This document shows positions 12,650 through 22,248 of a stretch of 64,000 bases of DNA, in pieces. This DNA is from an uncultured Eubacteriales bacterium. GTDB taxonomy: Bacteria > Bacillota > Clostridia > Oscillospirales > CAG-272. Each line of letters begins with the position of its first letter. Position 1 is the first letter of the stretch. The position numbers and the translations under genes are program-made. The notes beneath the pieces were generated by a model. It saw nothing but the letters and a program-made list of their open reading frames with translations. It ran no database searches and had not been told where the DNA came from. Where the stretch lies: contig URAP01000002.1 of assembly GCA_900545935.1 (NCBI GenBank), positions 50,206 to 114,205 of the forward strand, given 5' to 3'.

Positions 12650-12769
12650 TATAATTATATCAATTGTTGAAAATCGGCATCGGTATAAAATTTGATGCGT
12701 ATCGGCAGACAACCGATATATCGGCATTACCCCGTTACATCCGCAGAAAGCATTGAAAGGAGAGACAGT

Positions 12770-13267
12770 ATGCCGGAGATCATAATTAAAAAAATGCATT
12801 CGCAGACCGAGCGGGATACTCAGGCGCTCGGCGCGGAGCTCGGCAAACGAATTCTATCGCTTATCGGCGGCAGCACCGAGCCGAATGAGCAGGATGCATA
12901 CAACAGACTCGGAGACCGCACGCCGCTCGTCGCGATGTACGGCGAGCTCGGATCCGGAAAAACGGTCTTTATCCGCGGCATGGCTTCGGTACTTGCGCCA
13001 AAGGCGCATGTTCAGAGCCCGAGCTATACGATAGTCAACGAATATCGCGGTGAGCCGGTCGATCTCTGTCACTTCGATATGTACCGAATAAGCGGCGAGG
13101 ATGATCTCTATTCCATCGGCTTTTACGACTACTCGGACTGCGTAATGGCTATCGAATGGAGCGAACGGATACCGTATGCTCTCCCGCCGTTTTATTACAA
13201 GGTGGAATTCGCACCGTACAGCGGGGACGGCAGAGACATTACCGTCTCGCTCATTACTCGGGAGTAG
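12770..13267 (+). CDS. tsaE: tRNA t6A37 biosynthesis ATPase TsaE
   Basis: Has the P-loop GELGSGKTVFIRG and SPSYTIVNEY. GAAAGGAG lies upstream of the ATG at 12770. Confidence 0.88.
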   Translation: MPEIIIKKMHSQTERDTQALGAELGKRILSLIGGSTEPNEQDAYNRLGDRTPLVAMYGELGSGKTVFIRGMASVLAPKAHVQSPSYTIVNEYRGEPVDLCHFDMYRISGEDDLYSIGFYDYSDCVMAIEWSERIPYALPPFYYKVEFAPYSGDGRDITVSLITRE

Positions 13268-13311
13268 TACGATTCGATATTAAGAAAAAATCAGGAGAGC
13301 CTCAATGGGGT

Positions 13312-14043
13312 ATGATCGAAATAATGAAGATACTTGCATTTGAATGCTCGACAGCAACCGCCTCGGTCGCCGTCGGCGATAACGGAAAAATAATAGGCGA
13401 AAGCTCGATGGAGGCAAGCCGTAGGCACAGTGAGCAGCTGCTGCCGATGGCAGATGAGCTGCTCGCCTCGCTCGGACTTACTCTTGCCGATATCGGCGCG
13501 CTTGCCTGCTCGGTCGGCCCCGGTTCCTTTACCGGTGTGCGCATAGGCGCTGCGACTGTCAAGGGGCTTGCGTTCGGCTCGAGCAGGCCATGCGTCGGAA
13601 CATCATCGCTCACCTCGCTTGCCTACTGTCACTCGAATTCCGAGGACGGAACGATCATCTGTCCGGTAATAGGCTGCCGCAGAGGCAACGTCTATAACGC
13701 GCTGTACCGTGTGTGCGGCGGCGAGATTACGAGGCTCTGCGACGATCGCATGATAAGCTGCACCGAGCTCGCCGAGGAGCTTATCAGTCGCGGTGAGCAG
13801 GTAATTATCTGCGGCGATGAAGTCCCCGCAGTTACGGCACTCTGCCCTGATGATATTGTTTGTACAAAAAACAGCAATCCTTTGCCGTCCGCCTCCGGTG
13901 TTGCGCTTCTTGCAGACAAGCTGCTGCGCGAGCGCAACGCATCGGGCACTCCGTGTGAAAACGAATATACCGACCTTACCCTTTCGCCCGACTACTTCCG
14001 CCCTTGTCAGGCTGAGCGCGAGCGTCTCGGTATAGAGGATTAG
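13312..14043 (+). CDS. tsaB: tRNA t6A37 biosynthesis protein TsaB
   Basis: MKILAFECSTATASVAV plus GPGSFTGVRIGAATVKGLA. The start is 13312 or 13324; AGGAG is at 13293. Confidence 0.88.
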   Translation: MIEIMKILAFECSTATASVAVGDNGKIIGESSMEASRRHSEQLLPMADELLASLGLTLADIGALACSVGPGSFTGVRIGAATVKGLAFGSSRPCVGTSSLTSLAYCHSNSEDGTIICPVIGCRRGNVYNALYRVCGGEITRLCDDRMISCTELAEELISRGEQVIICGDEVPAVTALCPDDIVCTKNSNPLPSASGVALLADKLLRERNASGTPCENEYTDLTLSPDYFRPCQAERERLGIED

Positions 14044-14161
14044 CAATAACCATGCGCTAATTATATTCTAAAGCAATACGGCACACGCGAATGACGAAAA
14101 AGCTGCAGCCGCCTGATATTGCACCATATTATAATAAAAAATACCGAAAGGAAATTAGTCT

Positions 14162-14614
14162 ATGGGAAACAAAAGAATAGTTATCGGATGCGATCACGCA
14201 GGCTATCCGCTCAAAGCAGAGCTCCTGAAGCATCTCTCCGCCCGTGGGATCGAATACACCGACATCGGATGCGACAGCGCCGAGAAATCGGTCGACTACC
14301 CCGAATATGCAGACAAGCTCTGTCGCGAGCTTCAGGCGGGCAACGCCGACCTCGGAATACTCGTCTGCGGTACCGGCATCGGCATGAGCATCGCCGCAAA
14401 CAAGCACAAGGGCATACGCGCAGCATGTGTCAGCGATACTTTCTCCGCACGCCTGACACGCTGCCATAATAACGCAAATGTTATCTGCTTCGGCGCGCGC
14501 GTTATCGGCGCAGGGCTTGCTGCGGATATCGTCGACTGCTTTATAGATACCGAATATGAGGGCGGACGTCACGCGCGCCGCGTTGCAATGCTCGACGCGC
14601 TCGACGGAGATTGA
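14162..14614 (+). CDS. rpiB: Ribose-5-phosphate isomerase B
   Basis: 150 aa with IVIGCDHAGYPLK and GILVCGTGIGMSIAANKHKGIRAA. Confidence 0.92.
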   Translation: MGNKRIVIGCDHAGYPLKAELLKHLSARGIEYTDIGCDSAEKSVDYPEYADKLCRELQAGNADLGILVCGTGIGMSIAANKHKGIRAACVSDTFSARLTRCHNNANVICFGARVIGAGLAADIVDCFIDTEYEGGRHARRVAMLDALDGD

Positions 14615-14780
14615 GTTCTGTCATATCGACACACGCCTTTGCCGCTCATCGGCGATACATATTGTATGCTGCCCGGAGAAGCCCGTATCGGGAAGGCAAC
14701 CGGTTCCCGAAACGGCAAAGACAGCTAACCAAATACAACGCATATAAACGAAAGGCGGCTCGCACGAGCCGGAATAAGCG

Positions 14781-15449
14781 ATGATATTCAAAAATCTCAA
14801 CAGAATAGTTTTTGCGGGTGATTCCGTCACCGATATGGGCAGTGCTCAGCCGGTCGGCGAGGGGCTGTTCGACAATCTCGGACGCAGCTATGTCCGCGTT
14901 ATTGAGAACATGCTCTATACATGGTATCCCGAGCTTAATTTCAGAATTACGAATTCGGGCATCAGCGGTAACACGAGCCGCGACCTGCTCGAGCGCTATG
15001 ACCGCGATGTGCTCTCACTCGAGCCGGACTATGTCAGCATCTGCATCGGAATAAATGATGTATGGAGACAGTTTGATGTTCCGGGAATTCCGAGCGAGGC
15101 ATGCACTCCCGACGAATACGAGCATAATCTGCGCGAGATGATCGAACGCACACGCGATAAGGTACTTCGGCTTTTCCTTGCAACTCCGTATTTTATGGAG
15201 CCGTGCCGCGCCGACCGTATGCGCGCACGCATGGACGAATATTCGGACATCGTACGCCGACTTTCCTCCGAATACGGCTGCGAGCTTGTCGATTTTCAGG
15301 CAGCCTATGACCGTTTCTTTGAGCATAAGCACAGCGCGATAATCGCATGGGACCGCGTTCATCCGAATCAGATAGGAGCCACCCTCATGGCGCGCGAATT
15401 TCTCTCGCATTGCGGCTTTGACTATGGTCATTTGCCGGTAGAAGAATAA
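14781..15449 (+). CDS. SGNH/GDSL-family hydrolase
   Basis: Block I is FAGDSVTD, block III is GINDV, and block V is DRVHPN. Confidence 0.85.
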   Translation: MIFKNLNRIVFAGDSVTDMGSAQPVGEGLFDNLGRSYVRVIENMLYTWYPELNFRITNSGISGNTSRDLLERYDRDVLSLEPDYVSICIGINDVWRQFDVPGIPSEACTPDEYEHNLREMIERTRDKVLRLFLATPYFMEPCRADRMRARMDEYSDIVRRLSSEYGCELVDFQAAYDRFFEHKHSAIIAWDRVHPNQIGATLMAREFLSHCGFDYGHLPVEE

Positions 15450-15475
15450 GATTCGGCAGCAATACCGACATAAAT

Positions 15476-15515
15476 AAAGGTGCAGTTAAAAAACTCGTTT
15501 TTTAACTGCACCTTT
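15476..15515. terminator. Bidirectional intrinsic terminator between convergent genes
   Basis: Perfect 18-bp inverted repeat aaaggtgcagttaaaaaa / ttttttaactgcaccttt around a ctcg loop. A/T tracts are present on both sides. Confidence 0.8.
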
Positions 15516-15564
15516 TATCGTTTTGATGGCAGGCAAAAAGGCGAAACTTTTATGCCGCCCCGGT

Positions 15565-16761
15565 TTAAACTGTTTCAAAGAATGTATCTGGTCTTTCGGG
15601 ATCGAAGATCTCATTGCAGGTCATAACGGTAACAAGATTCTCGGTATCCGAGAGATTAATAATATTATGCGTCCATCCCGGGATCATACGCACTGCCTCG
15701 ATCTTATCTCCGCTGACCTCGAATTCAACGGTCTCTCCGGTATTAATATTACGCTCGCGAATAAGCCCGTGTCCGGAGACAACAATAAACAGCTCCCACT
15801 TTGAATTATGCCAATGCTGTCCCTTCGTTATACCGGGTCTGCTTATATTTATACTTACCTGACCGCAGTCCTCGGTATGCAGCAGCTCGGTAAAGCTGCC
15901 GCGCTCGTCGCAATTCATCTTAAGTCCGTATTTGAATTTTTCCGCAGGAAGATATGTGAGATACAGGCTGAACAGCTTCTTTGCGAAAGAGCCCTCCGGC
16001 ATCTTCGGCATCATAAGCGTCTGCGGCTGAGCCTTGAACTGTTCGAGCAATCCGACTATCTCGCCGAGCGTAACACGATGAGTCACCGGCACGCAGCAAT
16101 ATCTGCCGCCCTCGGTCGGGACGGTCTCGACCCCGTCAAACTCGCAATGCGTTTCTCTGCCCTCGAGCAGATCGAACATTCCCTCCACAAGATCGTCGAT
16201 ATACAGCAGCTCAAGCTCGGTGGACGGGTCGTTTACCGTATACGGCTGATCGTTTGCGACAGCCCAGCAGAAGGTCGACACGGCGCTGTTGTATTTCGGT
16301 CGGCTGTGACCCATAAGATTAGGGAAACGATAGACCGCAAGCTTTGCGCCGGTCTCCTCGCCGTAAGAAAAAAACAGCTCCTCCCCCGCCTTTTTGCTCC
16401 TGCCGTACTCGCTGTCTCCGAAGCGTCCCGAAAGCGTCGCCTGGATCGACGACGAGAGCATTACGGTCGCGATATTTCCATGCTTTTTGAGTGCATCGAG
16501 CAGCACGGAGGCAAATCCGAAATTGCCCTGCATAAATTCATCGGGATTCTCAGGACGGTTTACACCGGCAAGATTAAATACAAAATCAGCCCGACGGCAA
16601 TATTCATCAAGCTCCGCCTCGGTGGAATCAAGATCATATTCAAATATCTCCTCCACATAGATGCCGGGTCTTGTTCTGTTTTTTCCGTCGCGAATATTTC
16701 TGAGATTGTTGCAAAGCGCCGTTCCGACCATTCCCTTTGCACCGGTAACCAAGATATTCAT
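15565..16761 (-). CDS. fnlB: UDP-L-FucNAc pathway reductase, CapF/FnlB type (SDR domain plus C-terminal cupin)
   Basis: Collinear with my recollection of S. aureus CapF: MNILVTGAKG..., LAGVNRPE, SSSIQAT, GSFTE, NISRPGITKGQHWH and the C-terminal FDPERPDTFF. I placed the start at MNILVTG (ATG 16761). Confidence 0.88.
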   Translation of the reverse strand: MNILVTGAKGMVGTALCNNLRNIRDGKNRTRPGIYVEEIFEYDLDSTEAELDEYCRRADFVFNLAGVNRPENPDEFMQGNFGFASVLLDALKKHGNIATVMLSSSIQATLSGRFGDSEYGRSKKAGEELFFSYGEETGAKLAVYRFPNLMGHSRPKYNSAVSTFCWAVANDQPYTVNDPSTELELLYIDDLVEGMFDLLEGRETHCEFDGVETVPTEGGRYCCVPVTHRVTLGEIVGLLEQFKAQPQTLMMPKMPEGSFAKKLFSLYLTYLPAEKFKYGLKMNCDERGSFTELLHTEDCGQVSINISRPGITKGQHWHNSKWELFIVVSGHGLIRERNINTGETVEFEVSGDKIEAVRMIPGWTHNIINLSDTENLVTVMTCNEIFDPERPDTFFETV

Positions 16762-16793
16762 AATCCGAAGCCTTTCATCTGTTCGTGGCTGTA

Positions 16794-17972
16794 TCAGCCG
16801 TTCTTTCTCCATACCATCTTATTAACAACGCCGGTATAGCTCTGAATTATCTTTACGACCTTATCGCTTACATTCTCATCGGTATAATCCGGCACGGGAG
16901 TTCCGAGGTCGCCGTTTTTATTCATCTCGACGGCAACATCGACTGCCTGAAGCAGCCCGGTCTCGTCGATCCCCGAAAGGATAAAGCAGGCTTTATCGAG
17001 CGCCTCGGGGCGCTCGGTGGATGTGCGTATGCAGACTGCCGGGAAGGAATGCCCGACGCTTGTAAAGAAGCTGCTCTCCTCAGGAAGCGTTCCGGAATCC
17101 GAAACTACCGCAAAAGCATTCATCTGCAGGCAGTTATAATCATGAAAGCCGAGCGGCTCATGTCTGATAACACGCTCATCGAGCTTAAAGCCCGAGGCTT
17201 CGAGACGCTTTTTGCTGCGCGGATGACAGGAATAAAGTATCGGCATATCGTACTTTTCAGCCATCTTATTAACAGCACCGAACAAAGACCTGAAATTCGC
17301 GTCGGTGTCGATATTCTCCTCTCTGTGTGCGGAAAGAAGTATATATTTTCCCTTTTCAAGTCCGAGATGCTTGTGAATGTCGGATGCTTCGATCTTTTCA
17401 AGATTTGCGTGCAGCACCTCAGCCATCGGCGAGCCGGTAACATACGTACGCTCCTTAGGCAGACCGCAGTCGGCAAGATAGCGGCGTGCGTGCTCGGAGT
17501 ATGCCATATTAACATCCGAAATGATATCGACTATGCGTCGATTAGTCTCCTCGGGAAGGCACTCATCCTTGCAGCGGTTGCCCGCCTCCATATGAAATAT
17601 CGGAATATGCAGGCGCTTTGCGCCGATAACCGAGAGGCAGGAGTTGGTATCGCCGAGCACAAGCACGGCATCCGGCTTGATATCGACCATGAGCTGATAG
17701 GATTTGGCTATGATGTTGCCCATTGTTTCGCCGAGATCGGCTCCGACGGCATTCAGATAAACCTCCGGATCGTCGAGCTCGAGGTCATGAAAGAAAACGC
17801 CGTTAAGATTGTAATCGTAGTTCTGTCCGGTATGCGCAAGAATGGTATCAAAATACCGACGGCATTTTTTAATTACTGCGGCAAGGCGAATTATCTCGGG
17901 TCTTGTTCCTACTATTATAAGCAGCTTCAGCTTGCCGTTATCTTTCCATTTTGCTTGATTATCAAGGGTCAT
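16794..17972 (-). CDS. fnlC: UDP-N-acetylglucosamine 2-epimerase, non-hydrolysing (CapG/FnlC type)
   Basis: Contains IIVGTRPEIIRL, HTGQNYDY, LGDTNS and PIFHMEAGNRC. I placed the start at MTLDNQ (17972). Confidence 0.88.
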   Translation of the reverse strand: MTLDNQAKWKDNGKLKLLIIVGTRPEIIRLAAVIKKCRRYFDTILAHTGQNYDYNLNGVFFHDLELDDPEVYLNAVGADLGETMGNIIAKSYQLMVDIKPDAVLVLGDTNSCLSVIGAKRLHIPIFHMEAGNRCKDECLPEETNRRIVDIISDVNMAYSEHARRYLADCGLPKERTYVTGSPMAEVLHANLEKIEASDIHKHLGLEKGKYILLSAHREENIDTDANFRSLFGAVNKMAEKYDMPILYSCHPRSKKRLEASGFKLDERVIRHEPLGFHDYNCLQMNAFAVVSDSGTLPEESSFFTSVGHSFPAVCIRTSTERPEALDKACFILSGIDETGLLQAVDVAVEMNKNGDLGTPVPDYTDENVSDKVVKIIQSYTGVVNKMVWRKNG

Positions 17973-18062
17973 TAGATTTTTCCTTCCTGATTTATCATAT
18001 ATCACGATACTGTACAGCGTGCCGCGCCAATTCAAAATTTGCAGCCGCTATTATGAGACGCA

Positions 18063-19097
18063 TTAGTCCTCGGCAAGCCGCTCCTTGATATAGTCGAGCG
18101 AAGCAATGGTGTCTATCGTCTCGCGGAGATCGAGACGACGGGTATTATTACTGTTGAATTCGGTAAGGGTATTTCGCCCCTCGTCACCCTCCTTGAAGTA
18201 TTTATCATAGTTGAGACCGCGATTATCCGCAGGCACTCGATAAAAATCACCCATATCAACAGCCTTTGCGCACTCCTCATTCGTGAGCAGCGTCTCATAC
18301 ATTTTCTCGCCGTGTCGAATGCCTATAACCTTGATATCGTCCTTGTTGCCGCCGAATAGCTCACAGACAGCCTCAGCCTGAGTCTGAATGGTACAGGCAG
18401 GAGCCTTTTTAATGAGGAGATCGCCGTTTTCGCCGTGCTCAAAAGCAAAAAGAACGAGATCTACCGCCTCCTCAAGGCTCATGATGAATCTTGTCATGCT
18501 CGGCTCTGTAACCGTGATGGGATTCCCTGATTTTATCTGGTCGATCCAAAGCGGAATTACGGAGCCGCGGCTGCACATAACATTTCCGTAGCGCGTGCAG
18601 CAGATCTTAGTCTTGCCGGACATGCGAGACTTTGCAATTGCCACCTTCTCCTCAATAGCCTTTGTCATACCCATCGAGTTGATAGGATAAGCCGCCTTAT
18701 CGGTCGACAGGCATATAACGCACTCAACGCCCTCATCGATAGCTGCCGTCAAAACATTATCGGTTCCTATTACGTTCGTGCGAACCGCCTCCATCGGGAA
18801 AAACTCGCAGGACGGTACCTGCTTCAGAGCTGCGGCATGGAATATGTAATCAACGCCGTGCATGACAGAGCGGACAGAGCCGATATCGCGCACATCGCCG
18901 ATATAAAACTTTATCTTATCAGCGACCTCGGGCATTCTCATCTGAAAATCGTGACGCATGTCGTCCTGCTTTTTCTCGTCGCGGGAAAAAATTCTTATCT
19001 CTCCGATATCTGTTTTGAGAAAGCGATTCAGAACAACATTGCCGAAAGAACCCGTTCCTCCGGTTATCAGCAGTGTTTTATCTTTAAACAGTGACAT
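18063..19097 (-). CDS. fnlA: UDP-GlcNAc 4,6-dehydratase/5-epimerase, inverting (CapE/FnlA type)
   Basis: 344 aa with LLITGGTGSFGN, IRIFSRDEKKQDDMR, FHAAALKQVPSCEFFP and LSTDKAAYPIN. It is collinear with CapE over its full length. Confidence 0.92.
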   Translation of the reverse strand: MSLFKDKTLLITGGTGSFGNVVLNRFLKTDIGEIRIFSRDEKKQDDMRHDFQMRMPEVADKIKFYIGDVRDIGSVRSVMHGVDYIFHAAALKQVPSCEFFPMEAVRTNVIGTDNVLTAAIDEGVECVICLSTDKAAYPINSMGMTKAIEEKVAIAKSRMSGKTKICCTRYGNVMCSRGSVIPLWIDQIKSGNPITVTEPSMTRFIMSLEEAVDLVLFAFEHGENGDLLIKKAPACTIQTQAEAVCELFGGNKDDIKVIGIRHGEKMYETLLTNEECAKAVDMGDFYRVPADNRGLNYDKYFKEGDEGRNTLTEFNSNNTRRLDLRETIDTIASLDYIKERLAED

Positions 19098-19238
19098 TTT
19101 ATACCTCCGAATATAATCAATAACTATTTTACCCTATTTTACTTATTATTGCAATAAGCAAATTATCAATAATTTTCGCTATACAGCTTATACAACCGAA
19201 ATGCTAAGAAGAAATACGCATTTTATATTCCGCTATTT

Positions 19239-21119
19239 TCAGCGCCTATAAATCAACTTGCTTTTTCCGAATACATTTATAATTTTAAATGTGTCCAATC
19301 CATCCTCACAATCAACTCGAGGTAAGATATAATGATCAGCTGAAGAAAATCTGTTGGTAACACCTCCACCGGCAACAAACGCAAGTCTATAGCAAGATTT
19401 TTCTTTAAGAATATTCAGGGAAGTTTTGTCAAACAATCCATGAGAATATGCAAAATAGTGCACTTCCTTTCCTATCAGATTCTGCAAAATCTCTTTTGAT
19501 TGCAATAGTTCAAGAAGCTGCTTCTCCTCCGACATTCCGCTTAACACTTCATGGGTTACACCATGTGAACCGATAGTAACCAAAGGATCGGCAGCCATTT
19601 CGAGTAACTCGGAATCCGAAATATATCCATCATTATTCAGAAAATCCGTTATCACAAAAACAGTAAACGGAATTCTTCTTTTTTTCAATTCCGGGTATGC
19701 CACTCTGAAAACATCGCTCAATGCATCATCAAAGGTAATGACACAAGAATTTTTTGCAGAAAAATCAAATTTTGCATATTCCTCCATAGAAATAAAATCA
19801 ATGCCGGAATCAAGAATACTCAAAAAACTCTCTTTCGACAGTTTACATCCGCTTTTTATGTTAATACAGCCGTCATCAATGTGATGAAACATAAGTACAG
19901 TGGTTGAAGGGAGTAAGCAAAAAAGATTTATCCTTGCCGCTTTTTTTAAGCGTTGAATATAGCAGCTATCTTTTTTTTTAATATCCTTATACATTTCTTT
20001 TATCTTACGCCATACTCGACGAATATATAAATGATAGCCTTTCATATAGGTTTGCATTGCCGCTTTTTTAAAGCCGACTTTATGATAGGACGAATAAAAC
20101 CGACTGCGAAGCTCCAAGTATTTCGAATAATCTTTTGCGGCAAATGCATATTTGGAAAAGCGATTGTCAATCCTATGAAGTTCAAAATTTTCAAGCGATT
20201 CAACAATACGTTTGCCCTTTGCGTTGTTAGTAACTATGAGCGAAAGGCCCTTATTGTCGCTAATGGCAGGATTATAATCACGGTATCCCCAAAAATCAGC
20301 TATCGTTATATCGGACAAATGGTTTTGACGATATCTGCACTCATAGCATGATCTTCTCAAAAAAGCATTTTCAGTAATAAATCCTTTATAAAATAAATCA
20401 AGATTGTGGGGAATGAAATATTCCGTACGAGAGGTTTTTAAGCGAATATATATATCGGTCCAACCGTTATCCTTCGGGCGAAAATCAAGCTCTGACAGCT
20501 TTTCGTTTTTATGCAGCTTACCTTTGAGATACTCCTTGAAAATTCGAGCCGACGGAACTCCGTGGCAAACAAAATCACAAAGAATAAGCCTTTCGTTTTC
20601 GCCGACCGCATTCCTCACTCCCGCAACCTGGCACGGAGTTCCGCAAAAGAAAACCGTTCTTCCGTTTTTCAAATCATTTTTAATATCGGCAATAGTGTTC
20701 CCCATATAGCTTTCGATATATTTGCTCTTGGCAAGAGCACTTAGAGCGGCACGGTCTGTAGAGGTATGCTTCAAAGTTAGAGTATCAAAATCAAAGGCTG
20801 CTCCGTATACGACTCCGTTTTCAGCCAAAATGTTGCGTGAAATGCAAGAAAACACGCCGCCCGAGGAGCTTGCCGCTCTGATGTTGCGGTCAAGTGAATA
20901 TCCGTAATAGCTGTTTGCTTCAATATTGTCCTCGTGCACTAATGGATTTAAAATATGGCATACCCGTTCACAACGTCCGCATTCGATACATTTATTCTTG
21001 TCAATACTCGGAAAATAAAAACCCTCGTCATCAAACGTGAACTCAATGCACTTTTTAGGGCACTCTGACATACAAGCACCGCATCCGGTGCAACAGTCAT
21101 GTATTTCTTCGATCTTCAT
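19239..21119 (-). CDS. Fusion protein: 2x[4Fe-4S] ferredoxin plus FrhB-like (F420 hydrogenase/dehydrogenase beta-type) domain plus C-terminal NodB-type polysaccharide deacetylase
   Basis: N-terminal clusters CTGCGACMSECP and CIECGRCERVCH are followed by an ASSSGGVFS FrhB-like core. The C-terminal part carries NodB motifs ITFDDA, GSHGVTHE and FAYSHG. I placed the start at MKIEEIH (ATG 21119), with GGAG 6 nt upstream. Confidence 0.8.
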   Translation of the reverse strand: MKIEEIHDCCTGCGACMSECPKKCIEFTFDDEGFYFPSIDKNKCIECGRCERVCHILNPLVHEDNIEANSYYGYSLDRNIRAASSSGGVFSCISRNILAENGVVYGAAFDFDTLTLKHTSTDRAALSALAKSKYIESYMGNTIADIKNDLKNGRTVFFCGTPCQVAGVRNAVGENERLILCDFVCHGVPSARIFKEYLKGKLHKNEKLSELDFRPKDNGWTDIYIRLKTSRTEYFIPHNLDLFYKGFITENAFLRRSCYECRYRQNHLSDITIADFWGYRDYNPAISDNKGLSLIVTNNAKGKRIVESLENFELHRIDNRFSKYAFAAKDYSKYLELRSRFYSSYHKVGFKKAAMQTYMKGYHLYIRRVWRKIKEMYKDIKKKDSCYIQRLKKAARINLFCLLPSTTVLMFHHIDDGCINIKSGCKLSKESFLSILDSGIDFISMEEYAKFDFSAKNSCVITFDDALSDVFRVAYPELKKRRIPFTVFVITDFLNNDGYISDSELLEMAADPLVTIGSHGVTHEVLSGMSEEKQLLELLQSKEILQNLIGKEVHYFAYSHGLFDKTSLNILKEKSCYRLAFVAGGGVTNRFSSADHYILPRVDCEDGLDTFKIINVFGKSKLIYRR

Positions 21120-21138
21120 TTTTTCTCCATAAAAACTA

Positions 21139-22230
21139 TCATTTGAATGTGTCCTCAATAAATAATTTTGATTTGGAGATATACTTATTGAGTAAAACAT
21201 TTACGTTTGAATAATCAATTTCGGCATCGCCGGTATTACCGTTTAGGCATGCACATTGCTCGATATTGAGCATTTCCATCAAATTCATTGCACGTCTCGA
21301 AATTGTCGGGCTGAAGTCCGAGAGCAAAAATTGCTTTTGAAAAATAATCGAAAACGCAACACCGTGAAAAGAGTCTGTAACAATATACTCTGCATTATCA
21401 ATCAGATATATCAGTTCGGACGGACCGACGTCACGCAGTACAGAATCTGCCCTCCACTTAAGAAATCCATCGGTAACGACAATAAGCTTTAAGCCTTTTT
21501 TCTTCGCCGCCGTTCTGGCGGCATAATCTCCCGCTGCGGAATTCATTAATCTGTAATAGAGCAAATAGCGTTCCTTGAATATTGGATATGCTTCGGAGTT
21601 TTCTCTCCAAAAATCAATATCATTCAAGAAAACCGGATCCAAAACCACATACGGTTTATCCAATCCCAACTCATCAAATATTTTAACGCTATCGTTTTCC
21701 CGCACGGACACGCGATAAAACTCAGATATATATGACGATATCTCATTTCTTTTTTCATTCGGAACAGATCCGACACCAAAGCTGGCGGCATAAGCAATCC
21801 TTTTCGTTTCATGCGAACCGAAATTAAGATAAAAAGCTCTTCGCTCCTCCTTGATTCTTCCGGGATTGAAGACCTGATCGCTTCCTGTAAAATAATAATC
21901 GGCTTCAGGGGGAGCATTATATAAGTCAGCAAACGATTCATAGCGTTTAGTTAAGCTAAGTTTATTTGAAACGAAATAAGAAAACTTCGAAAATTTACTT
22001 CTTTTTTTTCTTAGGTACAGAAGGTTCACCAAAAACAAAATCGATTCCTTCAGAGAACAAGGCTTGACACAAAGCGGATAAAGTGAGCGCAAATGCTCTG
22101 TATTGTAATCAATAATCTTCACATCATCCGAATAAATTTCAAGGTATTTTTGCAGTGAATATGCCTGTAAAACAGCACCGTAATTTATCGGCGTGTGAAA
22201 AGTAATCAGGCAAATCTTGTTTTTCTTCAT
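21139..22230 (-). CDS. Polysaccharide pyruvyl transferase
   Basis: 363 aa. The N-terminus KICLITFHTPINYGAVLQAYSLQKYL and the C-terminal VTDSFHG motif are typical of the CsaB/WcaK/EpsO-type family. Confidence 0.8.
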   Translation of the reverse strand: MKKNKICLITFHTPINYGAVLQAYSLQKYLEIYSDDVKIIDYNTEHLRSLYPLCVKPCSLKESILFLVNLLYLRKKRSKFSKFSYFVSNKLSLTKRYESFADLYNAPPEADYYFTGSDQVFNPGRIKEERRAFYLNFGSHETKRIAYAASFGVGSVPNEKRNEISSYISEFYRVSVRENDSVKIFDELGLDKPYVVLDPVFLNDIDFWRENSEAYPIFKERYLLYYRLMNSAAGDYAARTAAKKKGLKLIVVTDGFLKWRADSVLRDVGPSELIYLIDNAEYIVTDSFHGVAFSIIFQKQFLLSDFSPTISRRAMNLMEMLNIEQCACLNGNTGDAEIDYSNVNVLLNKYISKSKLFIEDTFK

Positions 22231-22248
22231 TTAGGTACTCCTAAAAAA

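Noticed and set aside
15808-17975. Two long plus-strand ORFs (343 and 396 aa)
   Set aside because: They are antisense to the CapF-like and CapG-like genes, both collinear with well-known enzymes. They have no motifs or RBS of their own.
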